64,000 bases of DNA. Source: an uncultured Bacillaceae bacterium (GTDB lineage: Bacteria > Bacillota > Bacilli > Caldalkalibacillales > Caldalkalibacillaceae). A program made the position numbers and the translations under genes. A model generated the notes under the pieces. It ran no database searches. It was given only the letters and a program-made list of their open reading frames with translations, and was not told where the DNA came from. The stretch is from assembly GCA_937967685.1 (NCBI GenBank), contig CALBTX010000114.1:5570-69569 (forward strand), written 5' to 3'. Below, piece after piece: positions 38,000 to 46,962 of this stretch; position 1 is the stretch's first letter, and every line of letters starts with the position of its first letter.

Positions 38000-38733
38000 T
38001 GATGATTCTCCTGCTTCTCAGCGTATTGCGGCTTGTAGCCAATATGCAACGCTGCAATACCCCCGGTTAATAAGTGCGTTTCAACTCGCTCCAAACCGAC
38101 TTCTTCAAAAATGCGGGCCAATGCTTTATGGTCAGGAAAATGCTTCAAGGATTCGGGAAGCCAGCTGTATTGATCATACCGATTGGCGAACAATTTGCCC
38201 AAAAACGGCAGCAAGTGATTGAAATAAAAGTAATACAACTGTTTGAAAACTGGAACGACAGGCTTGGACAATTCTAAGGAAACGACCATGCCGCCCGGTT
38301 TGACCACCCGTCTCATTTCCGACAATACCTGTTTCACATCGGGGACATTCCTGAGTGCAAAACCGATCGTTGCATAATGAAACGAATGATCGGCATAAGG
38401 CAAAGCCATCGCGTTGCCTAATTTCAATTCAATGTGATTAAACCCGGCTTTTTCCATCTTTTGAGCGCCGATATCCAACATGTTTTGACTAAAATCTAAG
38501 CCGACGACTTGTCCTTCTTTGCCCACCGCTTCCGCCAAAGCGAGCGTCCAATCACCCGTTCCACAGCATACATCGATCGCTTTCTCGCCTTTAGCCACAT
38601 TCATTTTTTTCATGCTGAATTTACGCCAGGCTCTATGCCGGCGAAAGCTGAGCACCGTATTCATCATGTCATATTTATCGGCGATCGTTTCAAATACGTG
38701 GTGCACATATTGTTCTTTTGATGACTTGTTCAT
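37996..38733 (-). CDS. menG: Demethylmenaquinone methyltransferase
   Basis: YDMMN and DVCCGTGDW SAM motifs. Known as menH/ubiE in B. subtilis. Confidence 0.94.
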   Translation of the reverse strand: MNKSSKEQYVHHVFETIADKYDMMNTVLSFRRHRAWRKFSMKKMNVAKGEKAIDVCCGTGDWTLALAEAVGKEGQVVGLDFSQNMLDIGAQKMEKAGFNHIELKLGNAMALPYADHSFHYATIGFALRNVPDVKQVLSEMRRVVKPGGMVVSLELSKPVVPVFKQLYYFYFNHLLPFLGKLFANRYDQYSWLPESLKHFPDHKALARIFEEVGLERVETHLLTGGIAALHIGYKPQYAEKQENHQ

Positions 38734-38769
38734 CGTTTCTCCTCACCTTATGTCAGCCTGACCCCTTCT

Positions 38770-39480
38770 TTATGAGCCGATCAACATGTGTTCCTGTTGG
38801 GTTTTGTCCAACCAGAGACGAAATTCACTTTGAACATCTTTTTCAAATTGTTTTAATTGACGGTCCAGGTGCTGGATGATTTGTTCAAGAGAAACTTTCT
38901 CATCACGGTAGGCTCTATAAAATTTCGTCTTTAGAAACAGTCGGTAAACTTCATACCATTTGTCTTCTGCATCATGCCACGATAAAACCGCGTTTGGCAA
39001 TTGACTTCTCGCCTCTATCAATCCGCTCACAAGATCTTTCTCTGATAAAGCATCTCTATGCTGGTGTAACTTCATTTTAAATTCATTCACCGATTTCAAC
39101 ACTTTGGCAAAGCCCTCAATTAAATGGTTCTGTTTCTTTTGCGCCAAATAATAATAATAATAACTGCTGAAAAAATCGCCGGACAACACGGTTAATTGAC
39201 GGTTTTTGATCGCTTTTTCATCTTCAATTTTTTCCGTCCCGACGTTGTCCATACAATCAAGTCCGAGTTGAATCAACATTTGACACACACAATACATTTC
39301 CCGAATTTCCTGGGTAAAGCCTTTCGCTCTCAAAAATAAGTAAATGAAGTGCATTTGAAAAAAATCGATTTCCGGGTAAGCCACATATTGATTCGCATAC
39401 GGATGAAAGGTGTTTTTCTTGACGACCTCGATCATCTGCAATAATTCATCCTGATATCTGGACTGGTATATAATCTCCAT
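38770..39480 (-). CDS. hepS: Heptaprenyl diphosphate synthase component I
   Basis: Called on synteny. ATG at 39480 has GGAGGAG 6 nt upstream. Confidence 0.8.
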   Translation of the reverse strand: MEIIYQSRYQDELLQMIEVVKKNTFHPYANQYVAYPEIDFFQMHFIYLFLRAKGFTQEIREMYCVCQMLIQLGLDCMDNVGTEKIEDEKAIKNRQLTVLSGDFFSSYYYYYLAQKKQNHLIEGFAKVLKSVNEFKMKLHQHRDALSEKDLVSGLIEARSQLPNAVLSWHDAEDKWYEVYRLFLKTKFYRAYRDEKVSLEQIIQHLDRQLKQFEKDVQSEFRLWLDKTQQEHMLIGS

Positions 39481-39556
39481 GTTTGGCTCCTCCAACACAC
39501 ATGACTAGCAAAATGCCCATCGTTCATGCCTATCAGTATACCACAAAACCGGTGCA

Positions 39557-40132
39557 TTATCTTCCGGATTGCCACCCTGTTCCGTAAATCATTTGCGTAT
39601 ACTTGGAGAGGAATTGTTTCGCGTTCATTTCTTGAAAAGCTTTTTCCATCTCCTTCATTTCTTCGATGCGGCGCTCACCCATGACAGCAAAAAGTAACAC
39701 GAGGTCTGTTCCCTCATCAGCAACAAAACGCAAATAGACATGATCGATGTTAGACGTTTTCATGAAAGATTCGTAGATGATTTGCGCGGCATCCTCGTAG
39801 ATCGATTGGGGATCATCGTCAGCATCAGACCATAAGTCGATAAACAAGTCACCGTTTGCCATATTCACCTTGCGGTAAGAATGATGAAGAGGTATCTGTT
39901 TCAGAAAAGAAACCAATTTCTCTTTTTCTAAATGAACAGGTTTGTTTACTTGCATCACCGTTTTTCCAGCGGGAAATAGCATGGGGCCATTCTCCAAAAA
40001 GTCCGATTCAAACAACGGAAGCATGGAAATGACCACTGCCAAACCAATGGATATAATCGACGCAGTCAGCAAACCTCTCAACATGTACAAGGACGATCCC
40101 TCCTTGTACATATGTATTCCAGATGCGCTCAT
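39557..40132 (-). CDS. Uncharacterised membrane-anchored protein (single N-terminal TM); start uncertain
   Basis: ORF lies between hepS and mtrB and has no B. subtilis counterpart at this site. Its SD is buried in a 10-bp hairpin. Confidence 0.6.
   Translation of the reverse strand: MSASGIHMYKEGSSLYMLRGLLTASIISIGLAVVISMLPLFESDFLENGPMLFPAGKTVMQVNKPVHLEKEKLVSFLKQIPLHHSYRKVNMANGDLFIDLWSDADDDPQSIYEDAAQIIYESFMKTSNIDHVYLRFVADEGTDLVLLFAVMGERRIEEMKEMEKAFQEMNAKQFLSKYTQMIYGTGWQSGR
40084..40110 (-). promoter_or_regulatory. Perfect 10-bp hairpin enclosing the Shine-Dalgarno of the 39557-40132 gene
   Basis: The mRNA reads TGTACAAGGA-gggatcg-TCCTTGTACA, with AAGGAGGG split between the stem and the loop. 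Confidence 0.45.
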
Positions 40133-40140
40133 ATTTAGAA

Positions 40141-40172
40141 GAGAAAAAGAGAAAAAGCAGGAAATCCTGCTC
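40141..40172 (-). terminator. Intrinsic terminator after mtrB
   Basis: On the minus strand: AGCAGG-attt-CCTGCT followed by TTTTCTCTTTTTCTC. Confidence 0.6.
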
Positions 40173-40176
40173 TTTG

Positions 40177-40401
40177 TTAAGTTTCATCCCCAGATTCAAT
40201 CTGACCATGCCGGGTGTATATCATCGCCTTCCCCCTGATTTTTATCGCTGACGTATGTTCCGTAAATTGAGCAATCATCACTTCGTGCTTGTCCAATTTT
40301 TCAGAATGATGGAAGCGGGTATCCTTACCACGGGTCAGACCGATCACGTTCACGCCGTCCTCTTTCGCCTTAATCACGACATAATCATTCAAATGTTCCA
40401 T
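40177..40401 (-). CDS. mtrB: trp RNA-binding attenuation protein (TRAP)
   Basis: 74 aa. DYVVIKA...[34 protein letters not shown] matches TRAP. It lies downstream of folE, as in the mtr operon. Confidence 0.95.
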   Translation of the reverse strand: MEHLNDYVVIKAKEDGVNVIGLTRGKDTRFHHSEKLDKHEVMIAQFTEHTSAIKIRGKAMIYTRHGQIESGDET

Positions 40402-40414
40402 GTCACGTTCTCCC

Positions 40415-40981
40415 CTATCCTTTGATTAAACTGAAAACTTCGGCACGGGCAGCGGCGTCTTTCTCGAATAACCCCCTGACGGCCGAAGTGACGGTTTGAG
40501 CGCCGGGTTTCTTCACACCACGCATGGACATACACATATGTTCAGCTTCAACAACGACGACGACTCCGTAGGGATTTAATTTCTGAACAATCGTTTCGGC
40601 TACCGTGGAAGTGATGCGTTCCTGCAATTGCGGTCTGCGGGCTACAGCCTCGACAGCCCGGGCCAATTTACTCAAGCCGGTCACCCGTCCCCCTCTTGGG
40701 ATGTAGCCAACGTGCGCCTTGCCGAAAAAGGGAACCAAATGATGTTCACACATGGAAAAGAAAGGGATATCTTTCACTAAAACTAATTCTTCATGATCTT
40801 CCCCAAAAACAACATCAAAATATTGACCGGGATCTTGCTTCATCCCTTCAAAGACTTCAGCATACATCCGGGCCACTCTTTTTGGGGTATCAACCAGTCC
40901 GTCACGTGTAGGGTCTTCACCGATTGCTTCAAGTATCATTTGAACGGCTTCTTCGATTTTAGCCTGATCGATTTCGTACAT
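40415..40981 (-). CDS. folE: GTP cyclohydrolase I
   Basis: [12 protein letters not shown] and [12 protein letters not shown] motifs. The ATG at 40981 lies downstream of the hbs terminator. Confidence 0.95.
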   Translation of the reverse strand: MYEIDQAKIEEAVQMILEAIGEDPTRDGLVDTPKRVARMYAEVFEGMKQDPGQYFDVVFGEDHEELVLVKDIPFFSMCEHHLVPFFGKAHVGYIPRGGRVTGLSKLARAVEAVARRPQLQERITSTVAETIVQKLNPYGVVVVVEAEHMCMSMRGVKKPGAQTVTSAVRGLFEKDAAARAEVFSLIKG

Positions 40982-41037
40982 ACACCTCAACTCCTTAAGC
41001 GATAACATTGAAAATATAGCATATTTGGGTAGATATA

Positions 41038-41074
41038 GCAAAAAACAAGAGTCACCAGACGGCAACTCTTGTTC
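41038..41074 (-). terminator. Intrinsic terminator after hbs
   Basis: On the minus strand: AACAAGAG-(14 nt)-CTCTTGTT followed by TTTT. Confidence 0.7.
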
Positions 41075-41092
41075 AAAGTGTATGTACGATGA

Positions 41093-41374
41093 CTATTTAA
41101 CATTTTCTTTCAGTGCTTTACCAGGTTTAAATGCCGGGACTTTGCTGGCAGCGATTTGAATTTCTTTCCCCGTTTGCGGATTGCGTCCTTTTCTGGCAGC
41201 ACGTTCACGCACTTCAAAATTTCCGAACCCGATAATTTGAACTTTATCACCGCGCTTCAAACTTTGGGAAATCGCTTCAAAAACAGCATCAACAGCTCTG
41301 CCGGCATCTTTCTTGGTCATTTCCGTCATTTCAGCCACTTGGTTAATCAATTCCGTTTTATTCACGTCAGTCAC
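41093..41374 (-). CDS. hbs: DNA-binding protein HU
   Basis: [11 protein letters not shown]...[24 protein letters not shown] start. Confidence 0.96.
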   Translation of the reverse strand: MTDVNKTELINQVAEMTEMTKKDAGRAVDAVFEAISQSLKRGDKVQIIGFGNFEVRERAARKGRNPQTGKEIQIAASKVPAFKPGKALKENVK

Positions 41375-41545
41375 CCCCTTCCCATGTGAGTTCTTATTCT
41401 CTTCTTTACCGATTTAGATTGATTTTATACGCTTAAACACACATTTTTATTTAATTTTCCTGTATTTAGTCAACTCCTCATTCATCCTAATATACTGCCT
41501 GTAAAAATGCAAGTCCATTTTGGCGTAAATTTGGATGCTGATAGA

Positions 41546-41576
41546 AAGAAAAAAGCCTCCAACGATAGGAAGCTTG
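41546..41576 (-). terminator. Intrinsic terminator after spoIVA
   Basis: On the minus strand: AAGCTTCC-tatcgtt-GGAGGCTT followed by TTTTTT. Confidence 0.7.
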
Positions 41577-41585
41577 AAACATGAT

Positions 41586-43064
41586 TTATAATATAATCGC
41601 AATCAGCCCCCCTGATCCTTCATTGATGATCCGTTCTAACGTATCTTTCAATTTATAGCGCGCATTTTCCGGCATCGTACTCAGTTTGGCCGTGATGCCT
41701 TCGCGAACAATCGAGTGTAAGGAACGGCCAAAGACGTCCGACTGCCAAATGGAAAGCGGATCCGATTCAAAGTCTTGCATCAAATAGCGAATCAATTCTT
41801 CACTCTGCTTTTCCGTGCCGATGATCGGCGCAAATTCGGATTCGACATCCACTTTGATCATATGGATGGAAGGAGCCACCGCTTTTAAACGCACGCCGAA
41901 TCTGGAGCCTTGACGAATAATTTCGGGTTCATCCAACGTCATATCTTCCAAAGAAGGCGAGGCGATGCCATAGCCGGTTTGGCGGACCATTTTGATCGCT
42001 TCGGCCACTTGATCATACTCTTTCTTAGCGGTGGCAAAATCTTGCATCAATTGTAAGAGGTGGTCTTTGCCGCGAATTTCCACCCCAACGACTTCTTTTA
42101 ACACTTCATCATAAAGGTGATCAGGTGCGATTAAATCGATTTCGGCCACGCCTGTCCCCATATCCATACCGGCCAGCGAGGCGTTTTCAATGAAGTCATA
42201 CTCGTGAAAATAACCAACGACGCGGTCCACATCCCGTAACCTGCGGATATCCTTGACCGTATTGCGCACCGCTTCTTCATAGTTTTGGCGCAGCCAGTGT
42301 TCCTCTTTGAGCACCATCACCCAGCTGGGCAGGTTGACGTTCACTTCATGGACCGGGAATTCATATAAGACTTCGCGGAGCACGTTCGTCGCGTCACGAT
42401 CGTCCATTTGTTCGACGCTCATCGCCAGGCAAGGAATATCGTATTTTTCGGACAGCTCATGGCGCAATGCTTCCGTTTCGGGGCTGTAAGGTTGTGTTGA
42501 ATTGATGAGCATAATAAATGGTTTGCCCACTTCCTTTAATTCCTGGACAACTCTTTCTTCAGCATCCACATAATCTTCTCTCGGAATTTCAGCGATCGTT
42601 CCGTCCGTGGTCACTACGACTCCTATGGTCGAATGTTCTTGAATGACCTTGCGTGTCCCGTATTCTGCCGCCTCTTGAAATGGAATCGGCTCTTCATACC
42701 ACGGCGTATTGATCATCCGCGGGCCGTTTTCATCTTCGTATCCCTTCGCTCCCGGTACCACATAGCCGACGCAATCAATTAAACGGACGTTAATGTCCAA
42801 TCCTTCATCCACATGCACTTCAACCGCTTGATTGGGCACAAATTTTGGTTCGGTCGTCATGATCGTACGGCCTGCGGCACTTTGCGGCATTTCATCCTGG
42901 GCCCTGATACGGTCGGAATCCGAGGTAATATTCGGTATTACCGCTTGTTCCATAAACCGTTTAATAAACGTGGATTTACCGGTCCGAACGGCACCGACAA
43001 CCCCGATGTAAATGTCGCCTCCGGTTCGTTCGGCAATATCTTTAAAAATATCCACCTTTTCCAC
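41586..43064 (-). CDS. spoIVA: Stage IV sporulation protein A (spore coat morphogenetic ATPase)
   Basis: GVVGAVRTGKSTFIKRFM Walker A. 492 aa with an end-to-end SpoIVA-like sequence. Confidence 0.96.
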   Translation of the reverse strand: MEKVDIFKDIAERTGGDIYIGVVGAVRTGKSTFIKRFMEQAVIPNITSDSDRIRAQDEMPQSAAGRTIMTTEPKFVPNQAVEVHVDEGLDINVRLIDCVGYVVPGAKGYEDENGPRMINTPWYEEPIPFQEAAEYGTRKVIQEHSTIGVVVTTDGTIAEIPREDYVDAEERVVQELKEVGKPFIMLINSTQPYSPETEALRHELSEKYDIPCLAMSVEQMDDRDATNVLREVLYEFPVHEVNVNLPSWVMVLKEEHWLRQNYEEAVRNTVKDIRRLRDVDRVVGYFHEYDFIENASLAGMDMGTGVAEIDLIAPDHLYDEVLKEVVGVEIRGKDHLLQLMQDFATAKKEYDQVAEAIKMVRQTGYGIASPSLEDMTLDEPEIIRQGSRFGVRLKAVAPSIHMIKVDVESEFAPIIGTEKQSEELIRYLMQDFESDPLSIWQSDVFGRSLHSIVREGITAKLSTMPENARYKLKDTLERIINEGSGGLIAIIL

Positions 43065-43124
43065 ACGATCCCCTCCTGAGTAGTGGTTACAAGGCCTGAA
43101 AAAGACAAGACCTCCTTTATCTCT

Positions 43125-43154
43125 AAGATATGTGGAGGTCTGGCGTAAATATGC
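43125..43154 (-). promoter_or_regulatory. Putative sigma-E-type promoter of spoIVA
   Basis: Minus strand reads GCATATT-15 nt-CATATCTT, resembling the sigma-E consensus (ATATT / CATACA-T). Confidence 0.4.
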
Positions 43155-43157
43155 TAA

Positions 43158-43913
43158 TTAATTTTTCGTATTCCAACTTTCTATAAACACGGGTTGATCA
43201 TCTTCCAGCTTGTATGGAAAAGAATAGGCGGGCACAAATTTGCTGACTTTGACCAGCAAGTGGCGAATATCAACGTTTTCCGGCACCTCCAATTCATCGG
43301 CGCTGGATAACAGCTGATTCAAATCAAGGCGATAGTCAATGCCCACCTGTCCCTCCTGATTGATAATTAACGGTAACAACTGACCGCTGTATGGACTGGT
43401 TACCTGCGGGGGCTGGTCCAGATTCAATTTTTCTTCATCCAATGTAAAATATCCGTTTCCGAGATGGTCAGCGACAGGCAGATGGGGACTTTTCGTTCGG
43501 ACATACTCATTGACCCGAAGCTGCAGTTCCTGTACGGCTCTGGACAAGCGCAAATCAATCAACTTCACCTTAGGATCGCTTTCCACATCGACAAGTACGT
43601 AACGATAGACTCCGCCCGCCTCAAAAGAGTTCGGTGGCGGTTCTGCCAGATAGCGGGGAATTAAGCGGTTAAAATCAAGGACATATTTTTGAAAAACGGG
43701 TGTGTCCGCTTCCGTCGTCTGAATGGGCAGGACCCCTGTATCCTGCCAATATGCTTGTACACTGTTTTGCACTTCTTCTATTTGAACCTCGTCATCAGGC
43801 TGGTTTTTCATCTTAAGTTCCTGCGGATATAAGCATCCGCCAAGCACAACCGCCGAAAGAAACAATAACAGTGTCATCCATATGCATTTCTTGAGCCGCG
43901 TAGACATAATCAT
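43158..43913 (-). CDS. yphF: YphF-like lipoprotein
   Basis: Lipobox LGGC after a hydrophobic signal sequence. Synteny with spoIVA supports the call. Confidence 0.75.
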   Translation of the reverse strand: MIMSTRLKKCIWMTLLLFLSAVVLGGCLYPQELKMKNQPDDEVQIEEVQNSVQAYWQDTGVLPIQTTEADTPVFQKYVLDFNRLIPRYLAEPPPNSFEAGGVYRYVLVDVESDPKVKLIDLRLSRAVQELQLRVNEYVRTKSPHLPVADHLGNGYFTLDEEKLNLDQPPQVTSPYSGQLLPLIINQEGQVGIDYRLDLNQLLSSADELEVPENVDIRHLLVKVSKFVPAYSFPYKLEDDQPVFIESWNTKN

Positions 43914-43935
43914 CCCTCACCTGTTGACTTAAAGA

Positions 43936-44121
43936 TCATACGGAAAAGACGACAATGACAATAAAAATGAACGATATAAACACAAATACGGCAGCGGTGG
44001 AAGAAACAAGCCATTTTAAAATGCCCCGCAACTTGCTTCTAGAAAATAAAATAAGGATGTTGGCTACAAACATCAGCAAGATGGCGATCAAGGCGATTAA
44101 CATTTTCATCAATGGTTCCAT
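43936..44121 (-). CDS. yphE: Small two-TM membrane protein (YphE-like)
   Basis: Hydrophobic 61-aa product at the syntenic position. Start chosen at the ATG after GTGAGG. Confidence 0.55.
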   Translation of the reverse strand: MEPLMKMLIALIAILLMFVANILILFSRSKLRGILKWLVSSTAAVFVFISFIFIVIVVFSV

Positions 44122-44256
44122 CGGAACAAACCTCACTTCCATGTCCAGACAAAAACATGTGTCGCCAGTCATTATACCATAACTCGCAGAAAGAACGTAA
44201 ATGATGCAGTTGACATAATATATATTGATAAAACGAAACGAAGGAGGTTCTGTCAA

Positions 44257-44631
44257 ATGTCCCAGCATGCTTGGCGCAAGCCCCCCTCGTCCTCTACTTT
44301 TTCGTATATAGATGAAATTCAACATACATTGGTAGAGTTGGATAAAGCGATTAAAAATATTGAAATGATGGCCCGTACGGCAAAAAAATTAGGCATCCCC
44401 GAACTTTTACAGTCTCCCGGAACCTTTTGGCAGCAATCTCAAGCCAACTGGCAAAACATCATGCAAAACATCGACCTCCAACAACTCAAGGCGTTAATCA
44501 ACTCCCCCGTACTGCGTAAAATTTTAACTGATCCGGAATTCTATCAACTGTTTGCTCCTGACACCGGCAAACCGCCTGGAACCGGGACAACATCTAATCA
44601 CCACGAAGTGAACAGGGATGAACATCCATGA
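44257..44631 (+). CDS. Uncharacterised Q/N-rich 124-aa protein
   Basis: Strong GAAGGAGG RBS 9 nt upstream of the ATG. One of the few plus-strand genes. No motif recognised. Confidence 0.7.
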   Translation: MSQHAWRKPPSSSTFSYIDEIQHTLVELDKAIKNIEMMARTAKKLGIPELLQSPGTFWQQSQANWQNIMQNIDLQQLKALINSPVLRKILTDPEFYQLFAPDTGKPPGTGTTSNHHEVNRDEHP

Positions 44632-44698
44632 ATCGTCTGCTTATTCGAAGCTTTGCTTATTCTATCGTGTTTCACTCTGACTTCCGCTCACATACGAA

Positions 44699-44724
44699 GG
44701 GCTGGCCTTTCCCTGGGCCAGCCC
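44699..44724. other. GC-rich 9-bp perfect hairpin between convergent genes, without a U-tract
   Basis: GGGCTGGCC-tttccctg-GGCCAGCCC. Confidence 0.6.
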
Positions 44725-44823
44725 TATGAACTGTATCCTTCCGCACGCCTTTTTTTGAGCCATTTAATTGTAAGCTAGTGCTATGCTATGCTAAGCATGG
44801 CAGGCTTGTAACAAATGCAGTGC

Positions 44824-45102
44824 CTATTTTTTTGGTTGCATAAACATTTTGACCATCTGTTGCATTTCTTGCATGGACAATTTATTTTTGACCAAATAGT
44901 TGACAATTTGATCTTCTTTTTCTTTCGACACTGGAACGCCTGCTAGATTGGCCACTTGAGCCACCAATTGACGCACCTTTTTTTCGTCTTGCAAATCTTT
45001 AGGATCCACTTTATTGGCTAACGATTTAATCTTTTTCTCAGACACATTCGTCTGTTTTTGAATCTGATCGAAAATGTTGTTGCCTTTTTTCTTTTTGCTC
45101 AC
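44824..45102 (-). CDS. Stage VI sporulation protein F-like small protein
   Basis: K-rich 92 aa. The central ...DEKKVRQLVAQVANLAGVPVSKEKEDQIV... segment resembles the SpoVIF family as I recall it. Confidence 0.55.
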   Translation of the reverse strand: MSKKKKGNNIFDQIQKQTNVSEKKIKSLANKVDPKDLQDEKKVRQLVAQVANLAGVPVSKEKEDQIVNYLVKNKLSMQEMQQMVKMFMQPKK

Positions 45103-45173
45103 CTGTTCCCCTCCTCATAAGCTTTCTCAACATATCTTATGAAAAGGAAAAACGCTTGGTGAGCATTCAGACC

Positions 45174-46211
45174 CTAAAAGTAGCGATTCAAATCACCTAA
45201 CAAATTCGCTTCCAATTCATGGGTCCTTCCCCGGCGCATTAAATCATCCACCGCTAGACGCGGGGGTTTCCCTTCGAATAGTACGGCAAACAGCTCCTGT
45301 GTAATGGGCATTTTAACGCCTTTTGACCGGGAAAGCTGATACGCCGCTTTTGTTGTTCGTACACCTTCGACGACCATGCCCATGGAATCGAGCACGTCAT
45401 TCAAAGGCCGCCCCTGACCAATCGCAAAACCGCACCGCCAATTGCGCGAATGCCGGCTCGTACAGGTGGCAATCAAATCGCCCAGCCCGGTCAATCCGGA
45501 AAAAGTCAAAGGGTGGGCCCCCAATTCCATGCCTAATCGGGTGATTTCAGTCAGCCCCCTTGTCATCAGCGCCGCTTTGGCGTTATCACCGTACCCCAGT
45601 CCGTCTGAAAGACCCGCGCCCAAAGCGATAATGTTTTTGAGCGCCCCGCCGATCTCGACCCCGACAACATCCGTATGCGTATATACGCGGAAATTTTCAT
45701 TAATAAACAAGTCCTGGACTTTCTCGGCCAAGTGCACGTTAACGGCTGAAGCCACCACGGTTGTTGGCGAACGCAAACTGACTTCCTCGGCATGACTCGG
45801 TCCTGATAAAACGACAATGCCTTCCCGCTGCTCAGACGCTATTTCTTCTTCGATCATTTGCGAAATTCGTTTATATGTGTCCGGTTCAAGACCTTTGGAT
45901 GAATGAACGATCAATGATTTTTTGGGGATGAAGGGGCTCATTTCCCGCAGAGCCGTACGCAAAGCCGCCGTAGGCAAAACAAGGATGACGATGTTCGCTT
46001 GACTCAGAACCTCTTGATAAGTGCTGTATGCTCTAATCTTCGGATGTAAAACAACGTCGGGTAAGTAGCGTCTGTTCGTATGTTCAGTGTTGATTTCGAC
46101 GGCTTGTTCTTTCCTTCTGGCATATAAGGCCACTTCAAAGCCGTTATCTGCGAGCACCAAGGACAGAGCCGTCCCCCAACTCCCTGCACCGATGACCGCA
46201 ATCGTTTTCAT
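45174..46211 (-). CDS. gpsA: NAD(P)H-dependent glycerol-3-phosphate dehydrogenase
   Basis: MKTIAVIGAGSWGTAL Rossmann start. The ATG at 46211 overlaps the plsY stop by 4 nt. Confidence 0.95.
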   Translation of the reverse strand: MKTIAVIGAGSWGTALSLVLADNGFEVALYARRKEQAVEINTEHTNRRYLPDVVLHPKIRAYSTYQEVLSQANIVILVLPTAALRTALREMSPFIPKKSLIVHSSKGLEPDTYKRISQMIEEEIASEQREGIVVLSGPSHAEEVSLRSPTTVVASAVNVHLAEKVQDLFINENFRVYTHTDVVGVEIGGALKNIIALGAGLSDGLGYGDNAKAALMTRGLTEITRLGMELGAHPLTFSGLTGLGDLIATCTSRHSRNWRCGFAIGQGRPLNDVLDSMGMVVEGVRTTKAAYQLSRSKGVKMPITQELFAVLFEGKPPRLAVDDLMRRGRTHELEANLLGDLNRYF

Positions 46212-46798
46212 GGTCTCCCTCCCAACTTGTTTTCTTTTCCTTGAACGAGACGAATAATATTTGTGCGATGTCGCCAAAACGATAAAAGCCCGATGACCAA
46301 AGTACCGAGAATATAAGGCAGGGGATATTGAAAAATAAACAGCATCACCGGCAACAAACTGACAAAACAGAGCGACCCGACGGACACATAGCGAAAGAGG
46401 ATAATGACGATGATGGCGAACATTCCCGCAATAAGCGACGGTATAAAAGCAAAGCTGGTCGCGACGCCAATCGTCGTGGCCACACCCTTGCCACCTCTGA
46501 ATGAAAAGAACACCGGCCAATTATGACCGATGATGGCGGCCAAACCCGACAGAACAATCCATGAAGGCTCACCAGTGATGCGCATGGCGAGCAATACCGG
46601 AATCACCCCTTTGAGCGTGTCTAAAACGAGCACAAACAGAGCCGGGCCAACGCCTAAAACCCTTAACGTGTTCGTTGCCCCCGCATTGCGCGAACCATGT
46701 TCCCTGATGTCAATTCCGGCCATTTTCCTGGCCACCAGTGTACTGAAACTGATCGAACCTAAAATATACCCTAATACAATGAGCAACGTTCCTTCCAC
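46208..46798 (-). CDS. plsY: Glycerol-3-phosphate acyltransferase PlsY
   Basis: GSRNAGATN and FRGGKGVAT motifs. GTG at 46798 follows GGAGAGGGAG. Confidence 0.92.
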   Translation of the reverse strand: MEGTLLIVLGYILGSISFSTLVARKMAGIDIREHGSRNAGATNTLRVLGVGPALFVLVLDTLKGVIPVLLAMRITGEPSWIVLSGLAAIIGHNWPVFFSFRGGKGVATTIGVATSFAFIPSLIAGMFAIIVIILFRYVSVGSLCFVSLLPVMLFIFQYPLPYILGTLVIGLLSFWRHRTNIIRLVQGKENKLGGRP

Positions 46799-46840
46799 GG
46801 CTCCCTCTCCTATTGCCAATATTTCTCTCCCAAATTGAAG

Positions 46841-46962
46841 CTTTATTTTCCTTAACTAACACTTTTTTCCTATACCGAATCTTTTCCCCTCTGTTTGAAT
46901 CGTTTTTCTCCTATATCGAATCTCTTTTTTCCTATACGGAATCCTTATTTTTGCCTCGAATC
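46841..46962. repeat. Array of about six 19-21-nt tandem units, each ending in GAATC, spanning the der stop and the der-plsY spacer
   Basis: Five clear units end in GAATC at 46881, 46901, 46922, 46943 and 46962. A weaker sixth unit (46841-46860) ends in AAC. Consensus is tYTTTTYCCTATAYCGAATC. The der stop (46932-46934) lies in the fourth clear unit. Confidence 0.9.

Noticed and set aside
41440-41473. A TTGACT hexamer upstream of hbs looked like a sigma-A -35 box.
   Set aside because: The best -10 candidates give either a 19-nt spacer or a poor hexamer (ATAAAA), so I did not annotate a promoter.
41521-41530. The 10-mer TGGCGTAAAT occurs at both 41521 and 43141, upstream of hbs and of spoIVA, each time followed by a similar ATGCT(G/A)AT.
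   Set aside because: There are only two copies with short identity. At spoIVA it falls in the spacer of the putative sigma-E promoter. That is not enough to call a shared element.
46841-46962. The regularly spaced 21-nt repeats could be mistaken for a small CRISPR array.
   Set aside because: The units are contiguous with no spacers, they are degenerate, and one contains the der stop codon. There are no cas genes. This is a tandem repeat, not CRISPR.
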